DNA of 64,000 bases from Camelus ferus (GCF_009834535.1 NC_045697.1:13146001-13210000); one strand, 5' to 3'; positions 14,440 through 27,095 are shown, counted from the first letter of the stretch. A program made the numbers and translations. The notes: generated by a model not told the origin, from the sequence alone.

Positions 14440-14816
14440 TGGATGATTGTCTTGATCTTTTATTCATGGCAGCAAGGTGGCTGCCCCAGATCCAAACATC
14501 ACACCCACATTCACAGGAGAAAGATGAGGAATGGGGCTACAAAACCTTCCCCAAAAGCCTCTCTGTTGGCTTTGCTTAGTTCACAGTAACAGACAGAGAT
14601 CCAGCTCTGACCAGAGCTGGGTCACATGGCAGCCTCTAACAGCAAGGGAAACTGGGAAAGTGAGGACAAGGATTGTCATGATTGGCTGGGACCAAATTAT
14701 GATCCATCATCCGTATCTGGGCATGTTGTTTCTCCAAACAACATTGGGTTCTGTTGGCAACAAACAGGTGGGGAGCAGGGGCTGGAGACTGGTCAGCAGC
14801 AACAGTACCTGCCATA
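14440..14816 (-). mobile_element. MaLR LTR, MLT1K/L-like
   Basis: 'catggcagcaaggtggctgcc...ctgggtcacatggcagcctctaacagcaagggaaactgggaaagtga...cattgggttctgttggcaa...tgccata'. Confidence 0.75.
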
Positions 14817-15399
14817 GACCCGGCCAGCAATATTTACTCTTATAGCTGAACTGTGTAAAGTTTAAATGTTTTATATGTAGGATTAGAGACCAACTAGTAC
14901 CATTTTGGTAAGTAAGTCTGGAGAGTTTATGTCCTTTATTGGGGATTACTAGTTACTTGCACATGTAATATTACAATGAAATTTTTTCAATTTTCTCTTT
15001 TTGCTACCTTTTATATTCACTATCTACAATGCCTACAATATTTCATGTCTAATACATTGGCAGTCATGTTTTAGAAAGAGACAAAATTAAGGTAAATATA
15101 CTCTGCTATTTGGTTTTAAAAATGAAATTAAATGAGACTGAATATTCTGTATGTTTCATTAATCGAATGAAATTCCAAAGAAGGACTTTAACTACTCTGA
15201 GCTGTGCAGCAGTATTATATGTACCAAGCAGACATTCTTCTTAGAGAAGTCATTTGAAAGCTAGCATTTATTTCTGCACATATTACATATGCAGAATTTA
15301 TATATGCATATATTATTTGGGCATATTTTGGTACTAGCAAAAAACTCCAAAAACCCAGCAGCTCAGCAAATGTCATATTTGTTGTTCTGGTTGTTTATT

Positions 15400-16176
15400 C
15401 TCCAAAACTTGAAGTCAGACTTAATTCCTCAGTGTCTGTCACAATCCACATCCAATCTATCAAAATCTGCCCTCTTTATGGTCAAAATACAGGCAGGATC
15501 TGTGCACTTCTGTCCAACGTCACCTGTTCCAAACCTTGTCAGTCCATTCCTAGACAATTGCAATAGCCTCCTTCTTCCATCTCTCGTCTGGATCTTGATT
15601 CTTCTATCTCCTCCTTCCCCTAGGCAGAAGTCAGTTCGATCTACTGCTCAAAAACCCACCTCTGTCTTCCCATCTCACTCATATTATGATGTACTGGCTT
15701 TATTTTGACCAAAAAAAAAAAAAAAAAATTTTAGTGACCTGGCCCACTGCTATCAAACTTTCTTCCTACCATTTTTTTTTTTCCTTTATCAGGATGTACT
15801 TTTGACTCAGGGACTTTGCACTTGGTCTTTCCTCTGCTTGAAACTTTTATCCCAAATGATACCTTGGCTCACTCCATTCTTTTGTTCATAGCTTCTATCA
15901 GATATCCCCACGGCTTAAAGCCCTATAGTGACCACCCTATCTCAAACAACTGACCACCTTCTGCTCCCTCATCCTTTCTTTGTTCCCTTTAGCCACACCT
16001 TTTTTTCATACTGTCATGGGAATTAATGTACATTTAACTTATCTAATAGATCTGATATATTTATCTTCTGTATAAAATGTAAGCTCCATGAGAGTAGTAC
16101 TTTCATATATTTTATTTACAGAAGTGGTGTGTGCCCAATAAAAATGGACTCAATAAATAATTTAAAGAACAAATGA
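15400..16176 (+). mobile_element. L2 LINE 3' portion
   Basis: 'ccacatccaatctatca...attgcaatagcctcct...ggactttgcacttg...aatgtaagctccatgagagtag...ctcaataaataattt'. Confidence 0.85.
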
Positions 16177-16825
16177 CCTACAGTTCTGCTTCATCTTTGG
16201 ATATATGTTCAATTATTGGAACAAAAGTTGCAGGAAGAAAAGAAAGAGAACAGAAACAGAAAGAAGAAATCTGCTTCCCTGGAATTCTTTAAGACATTCT
16301 GACAATTCTCTGTCAGATGCCTGATACGAACAATGCAGTTCCTTTGGACTCCATTCATCATGGTCAGCATTCCACATGCAGTGAGAGGAGGAAACCAGCC
16401 CTTCTGGCTGACACACAACTCTCCCGGCACTGACCCTATGTGATGCCTCCTCTCACCCCGGCGTATCCCAGCTCACAAATGACAGGCCCTCAATTTGAGT
16501 TGGGAGACACAAGACAGGTAGAGAAGCTCTGTTTTACAGCTTCAAAAGGTAAAGGAATGCCCTGAGTATTCTGGTTTAAGATTTATGGTTATAAATCTGA
16601 TAAATCATCAGAGATAAATGTGGTTTGTTTTCCTCTCTCTTGTCAAAGATTACCTCTCTCCAGACGGCCATAAATGTCTTTAGGCTGCACCATCTTATCA
16701 CTGCAAGATAGTGTAGCAGTGTGTGAAATGCTCATTTAAATCCCGCCCCAGCATCCCCATCTTCCTCTGGCTCCTCTTTCTCACATTCATGCTCACTTCT
16801 TCTTTTTCCTGTTGTAAAGTGTGAG

Positions 16826-16863
16826 TACACATACACGCACATGCACACGCACACACACACACA
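16826..16863. repeat. Imperfect (CA)n microsatellite
   Basis: tacacatacacgcacatgcacacgcacacacacacaca. Confidence 0.9.
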
Positions 16864-17514
16864 GGAAGATACTATTATTTTAAATTTTTTTCTGGTGGTT
16901 TTGAACATGCTTTGTGTGAACAGTTTCTATTGTGAACTCTGACCTGCTTATCCAGGCAACGCATTCCAGGTTTCAGCAGAAAGGCTTTTTAATGAAACCA
17001 TCATCTTGGGAAAGCAAGTGATGGTGCTTTATTCAAACATATCTAATTCTTAAAAGGTTATATAAATATAACACAATCACATTCAATCCTGAATTTTATC
17101 CTGCAACTAGATTTTTTTTTTTTTGGTAGTTCTCCTTTTGCTTGTGGGGTCATACCATTAGGAGATCCATGGGATTAAAACAAAAATTTGGAAAGGGACC
17201 AAACATATTGAGTTACCATTCTAGTCTTCTAAACCCTTCAGAGCAAACCATTGAACATTTCATTGTATGATATGAATATTTGATTTCAAAAGCTGAAAAT
17301 TATTATTTGAATGTTTGATTTTTAAATTATAAAATTTCTGTTTATTCCACAGATAAATTTGATGTGCCAATATATATACTGAGAAAATCTAACTCTCCAC
17401 ATTTTTTAATAATATAGTATAACGCTTGAATTTCAATTTCCTGGATGAGGGATGCTTAAACATTAGAGGACTAGTGATGTATATTGAAGATAACAAAGCT
17501 TTGACAAATGAAGC

Positions 17515-17700
17515 CAGTCATACATAGAACTTTAAGTATTTTTCTCACTTTATTTCCACAGTATTTTTATGAGGCAGGAGTTACTACATCTAGTTTACAG
17601 ATGAGGAAACTAAAGTTCAGACAAGTGAGCTGATTTTTTTTCTGATGGTACCCAGTTAGCATATGTAAAGGCTAATGCTCAAAGTTGTATCTGATCCCCA
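17515..17700 (-). mobile_element. MIR SINE
   Basis: 'tttacagatgaggaaactaaagttcagacaagtgagctga'. Confidence 0.8.
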
Positions 17701-17789
17701 ACCTGTGAACAAGACACAAGAAAATCCATGGAGGTTCTGACACGGAACTCCAAGTATTTTATGATATCTCTCCAAGTCTTTGGTTCCTT

Positions 17790-18490
17790 AGAGTATGAGA
17801 TCCAGAGAACATTCTAAGAAATCTTTGTAGAAGAAGTAAAATTTGAAATGGACTTTAAAAGAAAGGTGATATTAAAACAATGATAAAGGAAGAAAATAAA
17901 GGTAGAAGAAATAAGGAGAACAAATACTCTAGTGAGAGAGGGGAAATGGCATTTTGTGACAGCTGATCCTATAACTGGAGAGATAGTTGGAGTTGAGAGG
18001 TGGAAATTCTGGTAAGTCAGGCTTATGAGAATCCTGCAGATACAGGTGAAGTTCTGAAGGGTTCGACGTGGTCACATGTGTAAAGCAGCAGATTAGGATG
18101 GTTCATATGAAAGTAGAGTATGGGGAAGTTGAAAGGGCAAAGGGCAGAGATAAAAGTACAATTAGAAACCTGTCACAATAGACTAGAGTAGATGGTTGTA
18201 GTTATGCAGCTTGGTGGAGAATGTTTACACAGTCATGAGCAGAATATTTTACACACAACATTAAGAGATTATTGTGTGCCCTGAACTTTTTCTTCTGTGA
18301 ATACATTTATTCTTTAGTGAGTACCTCCTCCAAGGAGTTTGGAAAAATGTAATGGACAGACATAGTCCCTGATCTCAAAGAGCTTCAAGTCTAGTGAGAT
18401 GGACGAACAAGACACCAGGCAGTTGCAATATGCTGCACTTGCTGCTATAAAGATGGTAAATTTAGGGAGCTATTGGAGCATGTGGGAATT
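17790..18490 (-). mobile_element. L2 fragments
   Basis: 'acagacatagtccctgatctcaaagagcttcaagtctagtgag' and purine-rich 'gaagaagtaaaatttgaaatggactttaaaaga' are typical of antisense L2. Confidence 0.65.
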
Positions 18491-20578
18491 CACTGCAGTT
18501 GCAGTTTTACTGTATCTTTGATCCACAGTTATTTAGTTCTGTTTTGAGCTATACTTTTATTTGATTTTAATTTCCAACTTCTTGGTGAATAAATAACTTT
18601 GTGAACAAATAGAAAGCTAATGAGAAAACAAAATTAGAGATCCAGTCATACTGGGTGAGCAAACACTCCAGAAGTTAGGGGACAACTTTGGAGGACAGGG
18701 TGGGCCTGAGTACGGAATATAAAATCCTTTATACTTCCAGACAGCAGTTCTGGAAAGGTTCCTGCTGGTATTTGGACAACCAATAGTCACAGTTGTACTT
18801 AGAAGCAAAAGCAATTATTGAAAGGTATGAACACTAGGAGATAGTTTTCATGGTGAATTAAATGTTTTGATAATGAACTAGGTATTTCAAAATAAATCAA
18901 CAATTGAAGCATCTCAGATTTTAGTTTTAAAGTTGCAGTGAAAAAATGCAGAAGTCTGCAGCTGTATTTTTCTTAGGATCAATATTTTTATATGTTAGAA
19001 GAAAATGGATGATTACAGAATGAGTTTAAAATAAATAAAGGAAGGTAGCATATCATCTCACACAAACAAAGCAAAAAGGAGGCAGAATTAGGGTATCAGA
19101 AATCTCACCCTGGATATAGTAATATCCTAGATAACCGTAAGAACTAAGAATGATCGAATATTAACTAGAATCTATGGAGTTTCTTGTCCTTCTCATTCTC
19201 TCTGTATGATACACCCATTAACCTACCCCTCTGCCTTTCTTTCTTATTTTCTTTTTACATATAGTTAACATGTATCTGTGAAAAGTAGAGCCAAATGGTT
19301 AAAAAATATTCACAGTGATTTTTTTTTTTAGTTCTATTTCTCCCAGTTGAAGTGTCTTTATTCATGAAGGAAGCATAATAATATATCACCTACTTCCTAG
19401 GGTAGTTTTGAGAATAAAGATGATGTGTATATGAGCCCCAGCACACGGGAAGAAATCAATCGTGTTCCCTATTACCATTGTGTACTAAGCACTTAGAAAT
19501 GACTCCTCAATTTAATGTCTCCTATATTCTCTTAGATATGTTATAATATTAAAGGATAATAGTAAAACCCCTTCCATCTGTGAAACTCTACAACTCAACG
19601 CTATGCATTCAAGTTACTAAGAAAAATACAATTGCCCTTGTTATGGAAAACTCTTAAACTATGGATACATGTATCCTCTCTCTGCCTCTCACTGTCTCTC
19701 TCTTTCTCTCTCCTGTCTCTGTCTCTGTCTTTGTCTCTCCTGTCACATTTCATGGGAGAGAAATATGATGCCCATATTTCAATTTAATATTTCAGTCTCT
19801 TGGTTGCTATTATTTACTGATGTCTAATTGGTAAGAAATCCCAGGAACACAGCACTGGCAAAGATAGAAGCTAATTCCATGATGGATATAATGTGACCTC
19901 ATCTGGAGCTATTTAGACAGTCTGCTACTTAGTTTACTTATCTTGTTTTTAACACAGCCCTGCTCATGTCTTCTGTGAAGGAAAAGCATAGAGCAATAAG
20001 AGTAGAAAAGAAAATTAACAGCTGAATTATAGCATCGTATGCATTCATTGCTTTCTTCCTTTCTATAGAATATTTTAGAAGAAATGGGGATCAAGATTAT
20101 AAAGAAGCTCCAAAGAATATAAAAAAGATGAATTCCTTACATTAAAGGAGTATAGATGCGAGACGTCAAAGATGGTCTTTTTGCACAAGCTACATTTTAT
20201 AGCAAACATTATAATCATTTGATTAGGGATTAAAATAGCCTGTAGTTCACTTGAGAAAATATGAAAGCTTTTACATCTAATGAAAAACTTGACAAATTCT
20301 TCAATTTTATAACAGTACCAGATAAAAGTAGGTTTAGCTATTTTCCAGTTTGAGGGAAGATTCTCCCTCATAAAACATTTAGATTTGGCACTCTCTCTCG
20401 AGGTTGTAATGTAATTTAAATATAAAGGCATTGGCTCTTTCATTCTTAGAGGGTACCTGCTCCTGTGAGTAAATGATAAAAGTTACAGACCCTGCAATTC
20501 TTCCAATAGGAAGAATATGCTTATGCATATATATTCAAAATATTTCAGAGTTCAATAACCCAGTTTCCCCCTTTTCTG

Positions 20579-20619
20579 CTAGGCGTGTGCTCTACCGCTG
20601 AGCCACAACCCTCCTCCAA
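20579..20619 (-). pseudogene. Tailless retrocopy of the 5' half of tRNA-Ala or of a tRNA-Ala-derived (Vic-1-like) SINE
   Basis: Minus strand reads GGAGGAGGGTTGTGGCTCAGCGGTAGAGCACACGCCTAG(CA), containing a Pol III A-box and ending at the anticodon loop. It is flanked by the identical 15-mer tttcccccttttctg at 20564-20578 and 20620-20634, with no poly-A tail. Confidence 0.85.
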
Positions 20620-21844
20620 TTTCCCCCTTTTCTGAAGTGCTGTCATTGACCCTTGAGAAGCCATGAATCTCTGCTTTTGAGAGTAATATTGTCTTCCAAA
20701 GCTAAATGATTGTCCCAGGAAATCCAAATTTGTGTTTCTCTAATTCACAAAGCAAGCAAAGAAGGTGGTGGAATTTCGAAGGTAATAGATTCTGAAAGGC
20801 TTGCTTTAGTTTGCTAATTCAGAAGAGAACAGAGCCAACTTAGTCCTTTTGAAGGACAGAGATAGTTGTGCTCATCAAAAATTCCTTCTGTTTCCTCTTG
20901 GAGATGCACTCTAGCTTTGTATAAGTTTTGTAGATGTAAGAATGAGACAAGCCGGGATTGTACAAAGAAAACACACTTTGATATTAATTGTATGTGAAAC
21001 CCAGAGATGGGTCAGGTCCAAACATAACAAAAATGGGACATTCACAATAGAAAAATTTGGCCAAAGCAAACACTCCCTTCTGACTCCTCTTCAGTCCATA
21101 GGGTACTATTCACATCATGGTTGGCTGAGCAAAAATTCTCAGGATATGAATTCTCCCAAGAAGGTTATGGCAAAGTCACCAGCCTCCAGCTTGAAGAAGC
21201 CGGAGGAGTCACAGGACTGGCAAGACTGCCATGTGTTCTCTTTGTGCCACCATCTTTCTTGATTTCTTCACCTCAAATCTCAAACCAGCCAAGAGCTGGT
21301 TTCTGTCTAGGGAAGGTTTATGTGCTTGCAGGTGGCTTTACCACCTGTGACCATGGAGATCCAGCCAAAACAACGCTCCCTCTGGAATGCCTGGCTGGGG
21401 ATTTGGATAAATACTAAGAGATGACTCAGAGACAGAGAGGAAGCAGAGTGTTTTGAAGGTGGGGAGAGAGTAGGGAGGGTGAATTGTAAATAATACATAT
21501 GAATAACTCTCTTCTCCTGCTTCCTGCCTCTCTTTACCTCTTTATTCATGACATGATGAATGGTCCACGATAAAGATGCTCCACATTAAATTGCACAGTC
21601 CTATTAAAAACAAATGATTAAGACCTGGGATTTGTATGCTTTTGTTTTTATTTTATTCTTGAGACTGTTTCTGCTTCTGTCTATTTTCCACTGAATCTTT
21701 CTCCTGGGCTTTAAATTTAATGCTTCCTGTCAGAAAGTGTTTTCTATAACTCCCTTCCGTGGGATGATACAGATAACTGAAAAGGAGAGAAAAAAATACT
21801 TTGGATTATCTTGCTAAAACATCAGCATCAAGAAATCTATTTAT

Positions 21845-21995
21845 TTATTAAGCACTTACTTTGTGTCATATACTGTGGTGAGACATTTACATGGGTGATT
21901 TGTAATCATCACAACAACTCTGCAAGTCACTTTCCTTATACGCATTTTCAGTTGAAGAAACTGAGATGTACAAATATTAAATGACTTGACAATTT
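21845..21995 (-). mobile_element. MIR SINE
   Basis: 'taagcacttactttgtgtcatatactgtg...aatcatcacaacaactctgcaag...cattttcagttgaagaaactgaga'. Confidence 0.85.
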
Positions 21996-22208
21996 TATCT
22001 GTGAAAAAGGAAGACCAGAAAATACCTTAAAGTAGGACCAGGAAGTGTGAGAACTAATAAAAGCCAACATTTAGGGCCATATAATCCATGGCATGACTAT
22101 TCCAAATAATTTGTATATATTTTATTATCATCAGAACCAAATGAGTTACTCCCATTCTAACAGATGATAAAACCAAGACAGAGAATTCAAAATCAAGTGG
22201 AGAGCAAG

Positions 22209-22700
22209 TGTGGTGGCTAATTTTATGTGTTACCTTGAGTATGGTGCTCAGTTTTTTGGTTAAGTATCAGTCTAGTTGTTGATGTAAAGGCATTTTTTTC
22301 GGTGCGATTACAATTTAAATCCATAGACTTTGGGGAAAGTAGATTAACCTCCATAATGTGGGTAGACCTCAATCAGTTGAAGACCTTAGGACCAAAGTCT
22401 GAGTTTCTCTGGAGGAATCCTCAAGACAGCAACATAGAAACACTACCTAAGTTTTAGCCTGCTGTCCTGTGGAATTTGGATGAAGCTTTTACCATCAACT
22501 CCTACCTGAATTTTCAGCCTGCCTTCCTGCCCTAAGTATTTCTGACTTGCCAGCCCCCGCAATAGTGTGAGCCAATTCCTTAAAATCCCTTCCCTCCCCC
22601 TCCTTCTCTTTCTCACCCTGCCCCTCTTCCTCCATTTTATCCTCTCACTCCCTTTCTTTTTAATCTCCCTCTTTTTCCTCCCTCCCTCTCTCTGTATAAT
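22209..22700 (+). mobile_element. ERVL LTR, MLT2B-like
   Basis: Starts 'tgtggtggctaattttatgtgttaccttga'; contains 'ccataatgtgggtagacctcaatcagttgaagacctt' and 'gacttgccagcccccgcaatagtgtgagccaattccttaaaat', then a CT-rich tail. Confidence 0.9.
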
Positions 22701-22767
22701 TCTGCCTTCTCAGATTAAAATGGTGTCTGGAATATAACCTTTCAGTAAATCTGGTTTTGCTGATGAT

Positions 22768-23200
22768 TGTGGCAGTGGAGACTAAGTGTCCAGGTTAAAA
22801 TTTCTGCCTCCCTTTCCATTATATAGGGTTGTAACTGGGAAGGGGCTTCCCAGGCGGGACTTAGATTTCCCAGCTCTCTTTGCACATAGGTGGGGCAAGG
22901 TGACAATCTAGCCCAAGGAATGTGAGCAGAGGTGACTTAAGACTTAAGAAATAAGTGGGGTTTCTCCACATGGCTTTCCACTTCAGTGTGATGGTCCCAA
23001 AAGATCCCAAGTTCTCAGAGAATGGTGGGGACACAAAATAAAAGGAGGCTGGATCGCTGAACTTTTATAGGGAGAAAAGCCTGCTCACTTTTGAACACTT
23101 TGGAGAATTATGTCAACAAGAAATAAATGTTTAATATGTTGGGCAACCAAAATGAGGGTGTTTATTTTTAGAGTTGCTAACTTAACCTTAACTAAAATAA
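22768..23200 (+). mobile_element. MaLR LTR, MLT1I/J-like
   Basis: 'tgtggcag...atttcccagctctctttgcacataggtggggcaaggtgac...ggaatgtgagcagaggtga...aggaggctggatcgctgaa...aagaaataaatgttt'. Confidence 0.8.
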
Positions 23201-23499
23201 AGGCTATGATAATGACAATTATGAAACAATTATTATATTCCCCCAAGCACCAAAACTTATTAATAAGCAGAGTCAGTATTATAGCTTAGATCTAGTTAGA
23301 TTTAGATCTGGATACAGCTATAGATATCTTACTGGTTGTTCAGTAGAAAGTTATAGCTACATAGAGGGCAGATAAATAGGTAGATCCATTGATACCTACA
23401 TGTCTATCTATCCACTTATCTGTCTATCTATATTTCTATCTATCCATCAGCTTTTACTTTAGTAGTAAACAATTCTGATATTTTGATTGTTTTAAATGT

Positions 23500-23880
23500 A
23501 TGTTTCTTACTTATGTATACAAAACAGCAGTCTGCAGTTAGATTAGGCTCATCTGGGCTGTTCCAGGCTTCTGGGCTATGCTGGGTTTGGCTCCATATGT
23601 CTCCTCATTTCAGAAACAAGGCTAAAATTATAGCTCCCCTCTGTGATATAATGTTCTTACAATAGAGGCCAAGAAAGAGACAGAAACATGAACAAGTATT
23701 TTGAGAAATCTGACTTCCATGTGGTGTATGGTATATTAGGTCATATTTAATTGTTCAAGGAAAATCACGTGTCCAAACCCAAAGGCAATCAGGCAAGAGA
23801 GTACATTCTGTCTACTAGGAAACATGGCAAGTGCAGGGAGCAAATGAATAGTCAGGAACCAATAACGCAATCGACAGCAT
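23500..23880 (-). mobile_element. MaLR LTR, MLT1I-like
   Basis: 'ggctccatatgtctcctcatt...aaatcacgtgtccaaacccaaaggcaat...gtacattctgtctactagg'. Confidence 0.65.
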
Positions 23881-24829
23881 TTTGAGGTCCATGTTCTTTG
23901 CATTATGACACTTTGTCAATAGCTATGGAAGGAGTTAAATACCATCGTATGGTCCTACTAAAGCTGCTTAACTAGTAGAGTGATCAACTGACCTTATCAA
24001 AAGGCAGTCTATGTCATTTCCTATAGGGAAGACCCATATTGAAGTGGGTCCCATTTTAAAGTGGAATATGGGAAAAAACACAGGATGTTTTTAAGGAGGC
24101 ATTTGAGCCATCATACTACAAATGTATGTAGTTTTCTACTTGTGCCAAAAAACATCATAAAAAGCACCACCTTCATTTTTTAACTCTCCAAATTCCACAC
24201 ATTTCCATATGTGGTATTTATTCAATGAAAATTCAGTGAGTAGATATGAGTCTCAAAAGGTATTAAATTTTATAATTGAGATATTTGAACTAATTTCCAC
24301 CCCACTCATAACCCTCAACAAAACCTTTTCTTTCTTCTCCTTATAACATCTGGCTAGAAGAACACAGATACCTTCTTTGAAAACCCTTCGGTGAACATGG
24401 CCACCCATGGTTGAAGTTAGCTATGTAATTGAATTTAGCTAGCTAGCTTTAAAACATCCAATTGTTTGATGAAATTCAGTCTCATATCTACCTTGTTTTC
24501 CCTTCAAGCTGGAATAGTGTGTGAGTGTGTGCCTCTGTGTGTGTGTCTGTTTAACATCCTCAGTCATAAGTTCCACTTATAGATGATATCAATTAAATAA
24601 GAAATTCCATCTAAACAATTAGACAATGGTGACTGACTGGGTAAGTTTTCCACATCTCATTCAGACATTCAGATGTTGTGCTTATATACTGAAGACATTG
24701 TATAAACACAAACTCACTGCAAATGAAACAACTACATACATGAAGAATTTAAATATAAAACATTTTTAATCAGTTCACTTTCATTAATGATGGGCAGGAG
24801 ACACTGGTTCTGTATTAAGTTAAAATTGC

Positions 24830-25190
24830 TGAAGGGTTAAGGAAATGGGAAGTTGTTATTTAATAAATATAATGTTTCAATTATGCTAGATGAGTGAGTC
24901 TTACAGTATGTGCTATGTAACACAGTGCCTATTGTTATTGTGCACTTCAAAGTTTGCTGAAAGAGTGTACATCTGTTAGCTGTTCTTATCAAACACACAC
25001 CACACATACACACACACACAAACAAAGGGATGGAAAGAAACTTTGGGAGTTGCTGGATGAGCATAATGTACATTCCCTTGATTGTGGTAATGGCATCATG
25101 GATGTTTGCATGTATCTAAGTTCATCAAATTGTACACATTCAATATGTGTGGTTCTGTGTATATTAATTATACCTTGACAAAGCTGTTAA
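24830..25190 (+). mobile_element. 5'-truncated L1 3'UTR (L1MA/L1MB-type) with candidate target-site duplication
   Basis: 'ggaaatgggaagttgttatttaat...cccttgattgtggtaatggcatcatggatg...catcaaattgtacacatt...aattataccttgacaaagctg'; gttaaaattgc occurs at 24819-24829 and 25186-25196. Confidence 0.88.
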
Positions 25191-26254
25191 AATTGCATGT
25201 AGACTTCATTGAATATATCTTCATAACCGAATATTAATGTAGTTGCTATAATTTCAATTTATTTATGAGGCTTAGAGCTACTGAATGATAGTAACACTTG
25301 TGTATGTCAAAATATAGTCTGTTTCTTCCTAGGTATGTCAGAGTTTCTTTTGCTCCATAAAAGAAATTATACCCATTTCTGTGATTCTCTTAAGCACTAT
25401 CTTATGTCATGAGGCTGTGAACAGATTCAAAATAATAATAAGAAGAATAGACATCATCTTTACTCTCTAAGAGTTGATGGGGAAATCTATGTTACATCAA
25501 GATGGACAGAATTCTTATAATACATCAAGCAATGTAGACATCTTTAAAACACTGGCAGACACACTGTCATTAGTTAGTAGAAGTAAAATCCAAAATATAC
25601 ACAATGCAATATTTACTTCTAGATCAATGGCTTAGGAAGGGACTAAGCAATTTAGTCTGTTTCTAAGGACAAGATCAGTTGTACCTCAGTCTGGAATTTC
25701 ATTCTTAAGTTGGGATAAAATGAGTAGAATGCCTTCTTTTTCATGTTATGTAACTTGGAGTATGCTGTAAAGACTTAATTCTAGAAGAACGTAAAGCAAT
25801 GAATTCCTATAACTTCATTAATAGTATTTATAAGAAGAGACTATAAAATTATTCTATTTTATTCAGCTCTATAGGAGGAAACAAATACATAAAAGGTAGA
25901 AAATAAAATTTTTAAATTGTATTTTCAAAAATTTAATAAAATAATCGAAGCTGTGATTTCAAACACTCATGATAAAGTAAAAATTGTTAATAATCATGAA
26001 AAATTAAAAAGACCCTAGATATCCAAAAGTAGGAAAAGGTTATTCAAATTTTGACATATCTACAAAATTCAACATTAGGAAGTTTTCAGTAAAACATACT
26101 TTTTTATATGGCATACTGTATAAATAGTGCAAGTCTAAGTATAAATTATAGTGAAAATAGTGGAAAAAGAGAAACAAAACATATAATGTAAACATTAGAT
26201 TTATCTGAGTGATAGGAGAATTTCATTTTTCTTTAATTAAACAAATATTAATCT

Positions 26255-27095
26255 AATACTAGGTGGCAGGCACAATTCTCAGCAGCTTGTGAATATTAAT
26301 TTATTTAACCCTCCAGATAACAATATGGGAGAGGGACTATGCATTAGTTTTCTATTGCTGTGTAAAAAATTATCACAAACTTAGCAGCTTAATTTGTTAT
26401 GACTCAGCTTCTGCTGGTCAGGACCCCAGGTGTGGCTTAGCTGTATCCTCTGCTTAGCATACCTTAAATTTGTGGTTGCACTTTGGCAGGGCTGCATTCT
26501 CATCTGAAGGCTCAACTAGGGAAGAATCTGCTTCTGAGCTTGTTCACATTGTGAGCAGAATTCATTTCCTATGGCTTTATGAGTAAAGCCTCTGGCTTCT
26601 GACTATCAGTTGGAAAACACCCTCAAGTTTTTAGAAGCCAGCTGAACTTTTCTGTCACATAGCCCTCCTCATAGGGCCTTCACAACGTGGCTCTTTGTGT
26701 CCTGCCATGTCAGCAGGGAATCTCTGTTGCTGTAGTCTGCTAAGACAGAGTCTTGTATCATATAATGGAGTCGTAAGAATGATTTTCCACCTTGTTTGCC
26801 ATACAGTGTAGCCTAATCAATGGAGTGACATACCACCACTTTGACATTTTCTATCAATTGGAAGTAAATCGCAGATTCTGCATGCACTCAACAGGAAGGA
26901 AACATACAAGGACACGACTCTTTGGAGGTAAACTTAATTCGCATCAAACACATACTATTTTTGCTATCATTTTATGTATGAGACAATTGAGATCCAAAGA
27001 GATTTAGTAACTTGCTTATGGTTAAAAGTTAGTAGTGGAAAAAGCTGATATCTGAACTCAAGCAATATGGATCTAGGATCCTTGCTCTTAATCTT
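26255..27095 (-). mobile_element. MIR SINE split by an MLT1 LTR
   Basis: Left part 'caggcacaattctcagc...atttaaccctc...gggacta' and right part 'cattttatgtatgagacaattgagatccaaagagatttagtaacttgc...ctgaactcaagca...tgctcttaatc' join into one MIR. Confidence 0.8.
26340..26952 (-). mobile_element. MaLR solo LTR, MLT1E/F-like
   Basis: Begins 'tgcattagttttctattgctgtgtaaaaaattatcacaaacttagcagctt'; contains 'ctcatctgaaggctcaactagggaagaatctgcttctgagct'; ends ...aaacaca; flanks gacta/tacta. Confidence 0.9.

Noticed and set aside
15289..15708. 139-aa ORF
   Set aside because: Lies mostly over a decayed L2; no recognisable host-protein similarity or splice structure.
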